Source of the DNA: Oligoflexales bacterium
GTDB taxonomy: Bacteria > Bdellovibrionota_B > Oligoflexia > Oligoflexales > RGVZ01
DNA: 64,000 nucleotides
Reading direction: 5' to 3'
Assembly: GCA_947445775.1 (NCBI GenBank)
Contig: CANFEB010000001.1
Coordinates: forward strand, 147,291 to 211,290
A program made the translations under genes and the position numbers. The notes under the pieces are model-generated. The model made no database searches and was not told the origin of the DNA. It saw only the letters and a list, made by a program, of their open reading frames with translations. Shown here one piece after another: positions 44,916-53,559 of the stretch. The number at the start of each line of letters is the position of its first letter. Position 1 is the first letter of the stretch.

Positions 44916-46247
44916 CAGCGGTTTGTAGGGCTGAAAAAACTGATTCAGACCGAGTGAAATTCCCGACGTAGAAATTTTCTCAGACTTGCCCCAAGCGTAG
45001 TCCAGACGAAAAACAAGGCGGTGAACTTTCGGAATCGACAGGCGGATTCCGGTCCCGGCTGAACGGAAGACGTCTTGACGCGCCTCGGCAAAATCTTTTC
45101 CCGCAATACCCACATCCGCAAAAACTACGGTCGCAACCTTCAACCATTTTGCCGTCAAGGCCTCGCGACGAACTTCCAAATTACCGTAGGCGGCGAATGC
45201 CCCGTGACGAATCCCATCAGGAAAGCCGCGCACAGAATCAAAGCCACCGAGGTGAAATGCGTTGGCAACCGTCGGGCTGCCTGCGACCTGCAAGTAGGCG
45301 TGGGTGGCAATATTGATATTATTTTCTGGGCGGTAGAAGGAAAAGGCTTCAGCCTCAGAATAATTTGAAATCCCAGGGTCCGTTACGCCCTCGCTTTGGG
45401 AGACGCCTGATTTAATCAATAGGCGCTGACCGCCTAGTTGCTGATCTTCGACCTCCATGTTGTCAAAGACGAAACTGGCAAGAAAGCGGTGCTCAGTGGA
45501 ATTTTGTCCCTCGGGAAGATTGAGTTGTGCTGCTGGAATGTCTTCCACGAGTGGTTGACGGTCGCGTCGCGTGAGGAGTTCAACGCCGGCCTGAAGGATC
45601 TCCGGATCAAGGGGATCGACTTCGGCCAAGATCGGCACCAAGTGATAGAAACGGGCATAGGCGCTGTCAAAACCAAGGGTGCCGGATAATTCCCCGGAGC
45701 CGGAGTAGTAGCTGCGGCGGCGGAAGTCCCGCCACAATTCAATCCCAGTAGATCCTTTACCACTTCCAGCCCGGGGGAGTTTCGCCCAAAGGGTGAATCC
45801 GGGAGGCGACGATCCGTATTTCTTGGTTTCAGCGCCGAGGGTGAGAAGGCGCCCAAAGGCATGCATGTCGTAAATGCCCGCGACAAGAAGCGGCGTTCCG
45901 CCGCCATAAGCCCCACGAATCACCGGAATCGTGGTCCATTTCTCATCGAGATCGATGACCAGTTTCGACGTCGATCCTTCCACGCGGATACGGACATCGG
46001 TAAAAACATCCGCCGTCATCAACTTGCGTCGAATTTGCACCACATCGGCTTCGGAAATCTCCGCCGGGAATTCAATCCCGAGGTAACGCTCCAGCCAGGC
46101 TAGGTCGGTACGGGTTGCGCCACTGACCTGAATCCCAAAGATCTTTGTGGTGTTGGCCCCGTCAGCGCCTGGCGACTCCGACGATGCGCCAGCAAGAACA
46201 AGGCCCGCCACCATCATTAATTGATGGATCTTTCGCTGGGGCATCAT
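44913..46247 (-). CDS. Omp85 (BamA/TamA/ShlB-like) family outer-membrane protein with one POTRA-like domain
   Basis: Signal peptide ...MMVAGLVLAGA, POTRA-like IFGIQVSGATRTDLAWLERYLG..., and barrel motifs HLGGFDSVRGFP...LEVRRE...VVFADVG...RLDYAWG. ATGA overlap with the hldD stop. Confidence 0.7.
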   Translation of the reverse strand: MMPQRKIHQLMMVAGLVLAGASSESPGADGANTTKIFGIQVSGATRTDLAWLERYLGIEFPAEISEADVVQIRRKLMTADVFTDVRIRVEGSTSKLVIDLDEKWTTIPVIRGAYGGGTPLLVAGIYDMHAFGRLLTLGAETKKYGSSPPGFTLWAKLPRAGSGKGSTGIELWRDFRRRSYYSGSGELSGTLGFDSAYARFYHLVPILAEVDPLDPEILQAGVELLTRRDRQPLVEDIPAAQLNLPEGQNSTEHRFLASFVFDNMEVEDQQLGGQRLLIKSGVSQSEGVTDPGISNYSEAEAFSFYRPENNINIATHAYLQVAGSPTVANAFHLGGFDSVRGFPDGIRHGAFAAYGNLEVRREALTAKWLKVATVVFADVGIAGKDFAEARQDVFRSAGTGIRLSIPKVHRLVFRLDYAWGKSEKISTSGISLGLNQFFQPYKPL

Positions 46248-47233
46248 CAGAGGTAGGGATCCTGGTGGGTCAGATAACGCGTAACGTATTCCTTGACCCC
46301 TTCTTCAAGGGGGGTGAAGGGCTTGGTGTAGGCGCCGTCCTCTCGCAAACGCGCGAGGTTGGCCTCGGTGAAATACTGGTACTGGTTTTTCAATTCGTCC
46401 GGCATTTCAATCCAATCTAACTTGGATTCTGGTCGACCCATTGCCGAGAACACGGCGCGACCCAGGTCGGCAAACGAGCGAGCCTCGCCACTGCCGACAT
46501 TGTAAATTCCAGATTTGGAATTTTGGGGCGCACGCATGAAATGCAAAATCACGTCGACAACATCCTTGACCCAAACGAAATCCCGGCGCTGGTCACCGTG
46601 GGCGATGCCTTCCTTGTAGGACTTGAACAGTTTGAGGGTGCCGCGATCGCGAATTTGGGGGAAGGCATGGAGCACCACGCTGGCCTGTCCGCCCTTGTGA
46701 TATTCTTGGGGGCCATAGACGTTGAAAAATTTGAGGCCGGCCCAAAAGGGCGGTTTTTCGCGTTGTTTGAGGACCCATTGGTCGAACAGAGCCTTGCTGT
46801 AGCCGTAGGGATTGATCGCACGGAGCCTGTGGATAACCTGTGGATCATCTGAATACCCGTGCTCGCCCATGCCATAGGTGGCGGCCGAGGAGGCGTAAAT
46901 GAAAGGAATCTTTTCGCGAGCAGCGAATCGAAATAAATCTGCGGAATAATTGAAATTATTCCTGATGAGGTAATCCACATCCTTTTCAGTTGTGGCGGAA
47001 CAGGCCCCCATATGGACGATGGCGTCAATGGCAGCAGGACGGCTCTTCGTATTGAGCCAGTTGAGGAGTTCGTCCTTGTGCTGGGCATCGGAGATCCGGC
47101 GTTTGGCCAAGTTGCGCCATTTCGTGCCGTTTCCAAACTCATCGGCAACCACAATGTCGTGAAGCCCCTCTTCATTGAGCTTCCACACAAAGGCACTGCC
47201 GATAAAGCCTGCGCCACCAGTTACAACAATCAT
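46247..47233 (-). CDS. hldD: ADP-L-glycero-D-manno-heptose 6-epimerase
   Basis: MIVVTGGAGFIGS Rossmann start (GGGAGGGG Shine-Dalgarno before ATG 47233), ...NPYGYSKALFDQW catalytic YxxxK. The ORF is open to 47299. Confidence 0.85.
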   Translation of the reverse strand: MIVVTGGAGFIGSAFVWKLNEEGLHDIVVADEFGNGTKWRNLAKRRISDAQHKDELLNWLNTKSRPAAIDAIVHMGACSATTEKDVDYLIRNNFNYSADLFRFAAREKIPFIYASSAATYGMGEHGYSDDPQVIHRLRAINPYGYSKALFDQWVLKQREKPPFWAGLKFFNVYGPQEYHKGGQASVVLHAFPQIRDRGTLKLFKSYKEGIAHGDQRRDFVWVKDVVDVILHFMRAPQNSKSGIYNVGSGEARSFADLGRAVFSAMGRPESKLDWIEMPDELKNQYQYFTEANLARLREDGAYTKPFTPLEEGVKEYVTRYLTHQDPYL

Positions 47234-47299
47234 GAAGCCCCTCCCGCCTAGCGAATTCCCATTTAACAATTCATACAAGTCTACTAGAGTTGCCGCCAT

Positions 47300-47725
47300 A
47301 TGTTTGGACTTGGAATATCTGAAATCATTGTGATCGTCATTGCGGCCCTAATTTTTATCGGGCCCAAGCAGCTGCCTGATTTTATCAGATCGGCCGGAAA
47401 GTTGTTCGTCCACGTTCGCCGCGCAGCCAACGAAGTTAAATCGACCGTTGACGGGGTGATCCGCGAGGCCGAGGACGACATTCGCAAAGAAACCAAATCC
47501 ATTGGCGCAGCGGTCGACGCCCAAGGCATTTCCAAGAATCTCTCGGAAATCCCCGGATCTCTGGAAGCCCTGAAGTCCTTAGGCTCGCTGGACACCTCGG
47601 CTTTTTCTATCAAGGGCACGCGCGGCAATTTCGCGACGGGCGGACTCGCATTGCCCCTGTCGACAGAGGTGTCAGCATCACCGCTGCCGTCGTCAGCATT
47701 AACACCAGAAATCGCTAAAAAATGA
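47300..47725 (+). CDS. tatB: Twin-arginine translocase subunit TatB (TatA/B family)
   Basis: MFGLGISEIIVIVIAALIFIGPKQLPDFIRSAGKLF is the TatB-type TM plus amphipathic helix (GPxxLP). 141 aa. Confidence 0.8.
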   Translation: MFGLGISEIIVIVIAALIFIGPKQLPDFIRSAGKLFVHVRRAANEVKSTVDGVIREAEDDIRKETKSIGAAVDAQGISKNLSEIPGSLEALKSLGSLDTSAFSIKGTRGNFATGGLALPLSTEVSASPLPSSALTPEIAKK

Positions 47726-49053
47726 AGCCGGGGAAAAATGGATCCCAGCTGGGATTTCACCACCGCCCGGATGGCATCTGGTGTGACAATGTCCACCTTG
47801 ACAGCCTTGCCAAAAAAACTGGAACTCCGTGTTACGTCTATTCCCGCTCTATTATCGACCGCCAATTGATGCGATTTGCCAGCGCCTTCAAGGGACTGGA
47901 TGTCCTGCCCTGCTACGCGGCGAAGGCCAATAATAATCCTGAAATCTTGCGTCACATAGCCGGCCACACGGAATTGTCTTGGGGCATAGACGCCGTCTCC
48001 GTGGGGGAACTCCACCTTGGATTGGCGGCTGGATTTCGGGCAGATCAGATGATTTTTTCGGGAGTCGGCAAGCAACATTCCGAAATCGATTTGGCCGTTG
48101 AACGTGGGATCGTTATCAACGTCGAGAGCCTTTTTGAACTCGACGATATCATTGAAATTGCAAGGTCACGGGGCAAACTGGCAAAACTCGGATTGCGGGT
48201 GAATCCAAATATCGACGCCCACACGCACCCAAAAATTTCCACTGGCCTGAAGAAAAATAAGTTTGGGCTTTCACGAGAAATGTTTGACGTCGCCTTGAGG
48301 AGGATCACAGAGGCACCGGAGACACTCCAATTGGCGGGGATTTCGACCCACATTGGTAGCCAAATCACAGACGTTTCCCCATGGAAGGCTGCCGCCCTGC
48401 AACTCGTCCAACTTGCAGATGCCATCCACGCCAAGGGCGGCGCAGCCTTGGAGTTCATCGATTTTGGTGGCGGCTTTCCCGTGCGCTACGATGGCGACAA
48501 CGAGCCACCTGGTGTAGAAATTTTTTCCGGAATCATCCGTGATTCCATGGCCGGAGCAGCGCGACCTGAAACAAAGCGCCTACGAATCGTCGTGGAACCT
48601 GGCAGGTGGCTGGTCGCAGAATCTGGTGGCTTGCTGACCCGCGTCATTGGAGTCAAAGAACGATTTGTTGTGGTGGATGCTTCGATGACGGAACTAATCC
48701 GGCCCGCACTTTACGGCGCGCGCCATGAAATCATTTTTGCATGCAATCCTACCCTGCCTGCCGTGCCTAGCAATGGCGAGGGCGAGGGCTTCGAAATTGT
48801 CGGACCGGTTTGCGAATCAAGCGACGTGCTGGCCAGCAACATTCGAATCAAGCACGTCCCCAAAAAAAATCAGCTTGCAGTGTTAATGCAAGCCGGTGCG
48901 TATGGCTACTCAATGGCATCGAACTACAACCAGCGACCCCTGCCCGCTGAACACCTGATCGCCGACGACAAGGTGTTCACCATTCGCAAAAAGCAGTTAC
49001 TTCTTGCCCCAGACCCGGATCTTTTTGACGAGCCCCTCGATCTCCCCCTTTGA
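47722..49053 (+). CDS. lysA: Diaminopimelate decarboxylase
   Basis: PCYVYS..., PLP-lysine region YAAKANNNPEIL, GGGFPV, GPVCESSDVLA, and AYGYSMASNYN. ATGA overlap with tatB. Confidence 0.92.
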   Translation: MKPGKNGSQLGFHHRPDGIWCDNVHLDSLAKKTGTPCYVYSRSIIDRQLMRFASAFKGLDVLPCYAAKANNNPEILRHIAGHTELSWGIDAVSVGELHLGLAAGFRADQMIFSGVGKQHSEIDLAVERGIVINVESLFELDDIIEIARSRGKLAKLGLRVNPNIDAHTHPKISTGLKKNKFGLSREMFDVALRRITEAPETLQLAGISTHIGSQITDVSPWKAAALQLVQLADAIHAKGGAALEFIDFGGGFPVRYDGDNEPPGVEIFSGIIRDSMAGAARPETKRLRIVVEPGRWLVAESGGLLTRVIGVKERFVVVDASMTELIRPALYGARHEIIFACNPTLPAVPSNGEGEGFEIVGPVCESSDVLASNIRIKHVPKKNQLAVLMQAGAYGYSMASNYNQRPLPAEHLIADDKVFTIRKKQLLLAPDPDLFDEPLDLPL

Positions 49054-49470
49054 CAAGATGCCTCCCCAAGCTGGCATGGAGCCGCTCAGCCCATAAGCCT
49101 CGCCGCCCTTTTCAAGAACGCCGACAATATGGGCGTCATCAACCTTGCCTTGCCAGGCCGAGTCATGAAAATTACGTGGTTTTGGATTCAGAGCAGCGGC
49201 TGCTACACCGTTTCCCTTGCCATCCTCGCCGTGGCAACTGGCACAAAACGACACATATTTTGCCGTAATCGGATCTACGTCAGCCACAGCGACTTCCTTC
49301 GGCGGAATTTCGCCCTTGGCCGTCAGCTTTTGAATGGGGCGGTGTGCGATCTCACGCTCGTCTTTTGACTGTTTCCAGAAACGACGCGGATCGTATTGCT
49401 CCATGCAGCCGACACTAAGGATAAGAAGGCTGGCCAGAAGGCTTGCTGCTTTGATTCTTGAGCGCATCAA
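48997..49470 (-). CDS. Class I c-type cytochrome, lipoprotein
   Basis: Lipobox LLILSVGC, haem-binding CASCHG, and distal Met region GSMPAWGG. The 3' end overlaps the lysA 3' end by 57 nt. Confidence 0.85.
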   Translation of the reverse strand: MMRSRIKAASLLASLLILSVGCMEQYDPRRFWKQSKDEREIAHRPIQKLTAKGEIPPKEVAVADVDPITAKYVSFCASCHGEDGKGNGVAAAALNPKPRNFHDSAWQGKVDDAHIVGVLEKGGEAYGLSGSMPAWGGILSKGEIEGLVKKIRVWGKK

Positions 49471-49802
49471 ACACTACCTCACAAGCGAGTATAAACGAGT
49501 GGGTGAAACCACGAATCTTAAACAAGGTTCAAAACCGAAGTTCTACAGCCTAACCCATCAAAACAACTCATCCAATTAGATTATTAGCAATGAGCAAAAT
49601 TTAAGCAAAAACCCTGGCGCCTACCCCGGTGCCGGCCTTTTCGGAAAGGGCGCCAAGGTTCCGGCACAACGCCATTTTTTTGGCGGGAAGCTAAGGCATG
49701 ACTTTGACGCTGCCGTCAAAAACTTGCGAGTCAAACCCGTGCGCCCCGCCCCGCAAGGCGTTTCTGGCGGCGGCGGTGCGTCAATCTCCTGACCAGAAGA
49801 GT

Positions 49803-49818
49803 TGGCACGCGAATTGTA
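49803..49818 (+). promoter_or_regulatory. Candidate sigma54 (-24/-12) promoter for the fliL operon
   Basis: TGGCAC (49803-49808), N5, then TTGT (49814-49817), versus the consensus TGGCAC-N5-TTGC. Lies ~105 nt upstream of the fliL ATG. Confidence 0.4.
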
Positions 49819-49923
49819 TAGGTAACCAGTGAACAACCAGATCCAAGAAGTCCGAACGCAAGTCGTTGCTGTCAATGCTGTAAAAATTTGCGAACTGCCG
49901 CACCTAGGGAATGAGCCAGAGCC

Positions 49924-50679
49924 ATGTCTGACAAAAAAGAAGAAAAAAAAGCCGGCGAGAAACCCAAGGAAGGCGCAGCCGCGACTCCCGAGGACGAGGC
50001 GAAACAGAAAAAGAAAAAACTCGTCATCATGGCAATTGGTGGAGTTCTCGCTGTTGGTGCGATTGGTGGCGGAGCGGCGATGTTTCTGGGCAAAAAGAAG
50101 CCTGCATCTGCCGCTGAGGCCGATGCTCAGGGCGGTGTAAAAAAATCAGCGGAAGGTGACGCCCAGGGCGGTGAAAAAAAACCAGCGGTTGCCGGAGAAG
50201 GCGACGCCGGTGTCGCCGGTGACGCCGGTGACACCAAGGGTGACACCAAGGGTGACGCCAAGGGTGACGCCAAGGGTGACGCCAAGGGTGACGCCAAGGG
50301 TGACGCCAAGGGTGACGCCAAGGGTGACGCCAAGGGTGACGCCAAGGGTGACGGTCATGACGACGCGGCTCCCGACTTTGGCCAGACGTATTCGTTTGCA
50401 CCCTTCAATGTCAACCTCGGCAACCCCATGGACAATCACTACGCACGCATGGAAGTTAGCGTTGAATTTTTTGGCGGATCCAGCCAAGAGGGTGAAATAA
50501 AAAAACGTCTGCCCCAGTTGCGCGATGCAATTGTATCCGTGGCCAGTAAGAAATCCCGGGAATTCTTGCTCGGCCCAGATGGTAAAGATCAACTGCGCCT
50601 TGAGATCAAGAACCGGTTGAATCAATACATGACCCGCAAGATCGAGAACGTTTACATCACTGACATTTTGATTGAGTAG
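49924..50679 (+). CDS. fliL: Flagellar basal-body-associated protein FliL
   Basis: N-terminal Lys-rich tail, one TM segment (LVIMAIGGVLAVGAIGGGAAMFL), and a C-terminal FliL domain (...FAPFNVNLG...ARMEVSVEF...LRDAIVSV...IENVYITDILIE). Heads the fliMN cluster. Confidence 0.88.
   Translation: MSDKKEEKKAGEKPKEGAAATPEDEAKQKKKKLVIMAIGGVLAVGAIGGGAAMFLGKKKPASAAEADAQGGVKKSAEGDAQGGEKKPAVAGEGDAGVAGDAGDTKGDTKGDAKGDAKGDAKGDAKGDAKGDAKGDAKGDAKGDGHDDAAPDFGQTYSFAPFNVNLGNPMDNHYARMEVSVEFFGGSSQEGEIKKRLPQLRDAIVSVASKKSREFLLGPDGKDQLRLEIKNRLNQYMTRKIENVYITDILIE
50227..50346 (+). repeat. 12-bp tandem repeat x10 (GGTGAC(A/G)CCAAG) encoding (GDTK)2(GDAK)8
   Basis: Read directly from the sequence. Eight consecutive identical units lie at 50251-50346. 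Confidence 0.95.
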
Positions 50680-50688
50680 GACGAATCA

Positions 50689-51669
50689 ATGAACCAGGTA
50701 TTGTCACAAAGTGAAGTAGATGCGCTTCTCTCCGCTGTTTCGGACAACCGTCCAGCGGGTAGCGAAACTGGTGGCGGCGACGCCAAGGCCGGCGTCATGG
50801 GCTATGACCTAGCAAACCAAGACCGCATCATTCGCGGCCGCATGCCAACCCTTGATATTATCCACGACCGTTTCATCCGACTGTTCCGGGTGACCCTGTC
50901 AAACTCATTGAGAAAAATGGCTAATCTGAGCGTCAACTCGACGGGCCCGTTGAAGTTCTCTGAGTTCATGAACTCTTTGCCCTTGCCCTCATGCCTGAAT
51001 ATTCTGCGACTCGAACCATTGCGGGGCGCAGCCGTCATGGTGATTGAATCCAAGCTGCTATATGCCTTGGTGGACAGTCTTTTTGGCGGCAACGATGTTC
51101 CCTATACCAAGATCGAAGGGAAGGATTTCACGCCGATCGAAATCAAAATTGCACGTCGCATCGTAATGTTAGCGATTGATGACCTCGAAAAGGCGTGGGA
51201 ACCCGTTTATCCGTTGAAAATCGGTTATAGCCGCACCGAAATCAATCCGCAGTTTGTCGCCGTGGTGGCACCGTCTGATGTGGTGATTGCAACCACATTC
51301 GACATTGAACTGGAAAAAGTCTCCGGAACAATCAAGATCATTCTGCCCTATTCGACGCTTGAACCAATCAAGTCGAAACTTTCGGTTGGATTTCAAAGCG
51401 AGCAACTTGAAGTCGACTTCATATGGATCAACCGCATCAAAGAAAAAATCATGGGTACATCCGCAAATATCATCGTGCGCCTTGGGGATGCAGATATCAG
51501 CGTGAAGGATTTGATGCAGCTCGAGCCGGGGGACATCATTCAGCTCAACAACGATGCGACGATGCCTCTCGAAGTCTTGGTCGAGGGTATGCCGAAATTT
51601 CGCGGAGTTCCCGGCCTGCTCAAAGGGAGCCGTGCAATCAAGATAACCGAATCCTTAATTGAAATGTAA
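50689..51669 (+). CDS. fliM: Flagellar motor switch protein FliM
   Basis: N-terminal CheY-P-binding motif LSQSEVDALL. 326 aa, followed by fliN. Confidence 0.93.
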   Translation: MNQVLSQSEVDALLSAVSDNRPAGSETGGGDAKAGVMGYDLANQDRIIRGRMPTLDIIHDRFIRLFRVTLSNSLRKMANLSVNSTGPLKFSEFMNSLPLPSCLNILRLEPLRGAAVMVIESKLLYALVDSLFGGNDVPYTKIEGKDFTPIEIKIARRIVMLAIDDLEKAWEPVYPLKIGYSRTEINPQFVAVVAPSDVVIATTFDIELEKVSGTIKIILPYSTLEPIKSKLSVGFQSEQLEVDFIWINRIKEKIMGTSANIIVRLGDADISVKDLMQLEPGDIIQLNNDATMPLEVLVEGMPKFRGVPGLLKGSRAIKITESLIEM

Positions 51670-51696
51670 ACAACACGTAAACCTGAGGGGGGCATC

Positions 51697-52092
51697 ATGG
51701 CCGACGGAAATGCAACCGAAAGTACGGGGACCAGTCCTGAGTTTGACGAAGCCCTGAAGGACGGCACAGAGGCCGCCGACAACCTAGACGGTCAATCTAG
51801 CAGGTTGGCCCGCACAGACTTTTCGAAACTAAAAATGATTTTGGACGTGCCCCTAAAGGTCTCGGTGGAACTAGGCCGGACAAAAATGTTGATCAACGAC
51901 CTTCTTCAGTTAGGGCAAGGCTCCGTGATCGAGCTCGACAAGATTGCCGGCGAACCGATGGAGATCCTGATCAACGACAAGCTAGTCGCCATGGGCGAGG
52001 TCGTCGTCGTCAATGAAAAATTTGGCGTGCGTTTGACGGATGTCGTTTCTCAGTTTGGCTTAAATGACCTGCAGCCTGCAAGAGAGGCATGA
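51697..52092 (+). CDS. fliN: Flagellar motor switch protein FliN
   Basis: SpoA domain ...[62 protein letters not shown]. Confidence 0.93.
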   Translation: MADGNATESTGTSPEFDEALKDGTEAADNLDGQSSRLARTDFSKLKMILDVPLKVSVELGRTKMLINDLLQLGQGSVIELDKIAGEPMEILINDKLVAMGEVVVVNEKFGVRLTDVVSQFGLNDLQPAREA

Positions 52093-52095
52093 GCG

Positions 52096-53559
52096 ATGAT
52101 TGCCCTGAAGTCTATGCTGTCCAAGGTATCTAAGGTGTCCATGATTTTGATCGCCATGGCGTTGACCATAGTCGCACCGTCTGGGCTTTTCGCCGCGGCG
52201 ACCGTCAATGCAATCGCCAAGATAGACGGCGAATCAGACAAGACCGTTTCAATTGTTACCGTTGCCTTGACGGGACGGCCCGAGTGGGCAAACCCAGTGG
52301 TTGAAGACCATGGGACGTTTGTTCAGGTACTGCTTCCCGCTACCATCGTTCCAGCGCCGGGCACATTTCTGGATGCCAATAGCCCATACATCACAAAAAT
52401 CGCTGCATTTCAGGTCCCAAATGCCACCACCGGCCAACCGACTGACGCTGCCGTGCGCCTTTTTGTTAATCGCGATGCAGCTGCTGTAAAGCAGGCCCTG
52501 ATCAGTGAGATATTGGCCGACCGCGTTGTCGTCACTCTCGACCACAAAAAACTCGAAGCGGCCTTGGCATCCTCGGGCCAAATATCGACACCCGCAGCAA
52601 TCAATGGCGACATTGAAAACGTTAACACCATGACGCCGGCCGAGCTCGTCAAGGCAGACAATGCAAAGCCAGGGGTCATCAACAATTTGGAAGAAGCCAA
52701 TCCCCCACAGGCATCCTGGCCTGGCGTTGGAAGCAAAGTCCCTAACCTTAGTGCCAAACTTGCTATCGTCAGCGGATTCTCCCTGTTCATGCTTGTTCTG
52801 CTGGGAATTGTTTACAAATGGAAACAGATCAATCCATTTTCAGAAAAATTTCGGTCATCAAATTCAAACCATGTCCGGGAGCTATTCAAGAAATCCCGCA
52901 AGCACAGAGTCCCAGGAAGTGAAGACGGCGATGACTTCGCCCGCGACATCGCCGCATTGACCATGAAAACTATATCGACGATGCACGTTGCACCGCGCCA
53001 AAAACTGGCACTTGTGCAAGTGGGCACTCAAACCGTGCTCTTGTCGATCTCGCCCAATGGCATTCAATTTCTCACCAATGTTGCCGGCGCCAATGCAAGC
53101 GCTGCTGTCGGTGGCGGCAGCCAGAATCATCAGAACGCATTTGCGCAAATTTCTTCCGTTCAAGGAATGCAACATCTTCCCGCTGCCACAGGAAGAAACT
53201 TTGAAGACCGCCTTGACCTTGAAGAACTAGGGGAAACTCCCTCGCCAGGTGCGCGAATGTCAGTTGAGTCGCCAAAAATCCCAACGCAAAAAAATCCCAT
53301 CAGGGCACCGTCTCGCCAAGGCGCTACAATAGCTGCAACAACAGCTGCCACGACAGCAGCGCCCACAGCGACACCGCCAGCTGCATCAACCTCATCGGCC
53401 GGATCATCGGCCGGATCATCAGCAGTGGCGAAAAGAGTCCGAGTTGCGATTACCGACAATGGCATCTCTGATCTGAGTTCTAATCAAAGCGCATCCAAAC
53501 CCTCAGATGACATTACGAGGCTGATTCGTGAAAAACTGCGGAATCTTCCGGTCATCTGA
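52096..53559 (+). CDS. FliO-position protein: signal peptide plus AMIN-like domain plus TM/FliO-like core plus long low-complexity tail (487 aa)
   Basis: Occupies the fliN-fliP slot. The TM segment LAIVSGFSLFMLVLLGIVYKW followed by ...HVAPRQKLALVQVGTQTVLLSISPNGIQFL resembles the FliO core. Residues ~35-150 (VSIVTVALTG...FVQVLLPA...VRLFVNRD...RVVVTLDH) resemble an AMIN domain. Confidence 0.6.
   Translation: MIALKSMLSKVSKVSMILIAMALTIVAPSGLFAAATVNAIAKIDGESDKTVSIVTVALTGRPEWANPVVEDHGTFVQVLLPATIVPAPGTFLDANSPYITKIAAFQVPNATTGQPTDAAVRLFVNRDAAAVKQALISEILADRVVVTLDHKKLEAALASSGQISTPAAINGDIENVNTMTPAELVKADNAKPGVINNLEEANPPQASWPGVGSKVPNLSAKLAIVSGFSLFMLVLLGIVYKWKQINPFSEKFRSSNSNHVRELFKKSRKHRVPGSEDGDDFARDIAALTMKTISTMHVAPRQKLALVQVGTQTVLLSISPNGIQFLTNVAGANASAAVGGGSQNHQNAFAQISSVQGMQHLPAATGRNFEDRLDLEELGETPSPGARMSVESPKIPTQKNPIRAPSRQGATIAATTAATTAAPTATPPAASTSSAGSSAGSSAVAKRVRVAITDNGISDLSSNQSASKPSDDITRLIREKLRNLPVI

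Noticed and set aside
49621-49875. An 84-aa minus-strand ORF, plus other track ORFs (49334..49579, 49829..50140), in the intergenic region between cytochrome c and fliL.
   Set aside because: There is no Shine-Dalgarno or family signal, and the composition is Pro/Arg/Gly-rich. They overlap the candidate sigma54 promoter and the fliL start, so they are more likely non-coding regulatory DNA.
50227-50346. The regular 12-bp repeat array, considered as a CRISPR-like or iteron array.
   Set aside because: The units are contiguous with no spacers, lie in-frame inside fliL, and translate to a coherent GD(A/T)K repeat. No cas genes are present.
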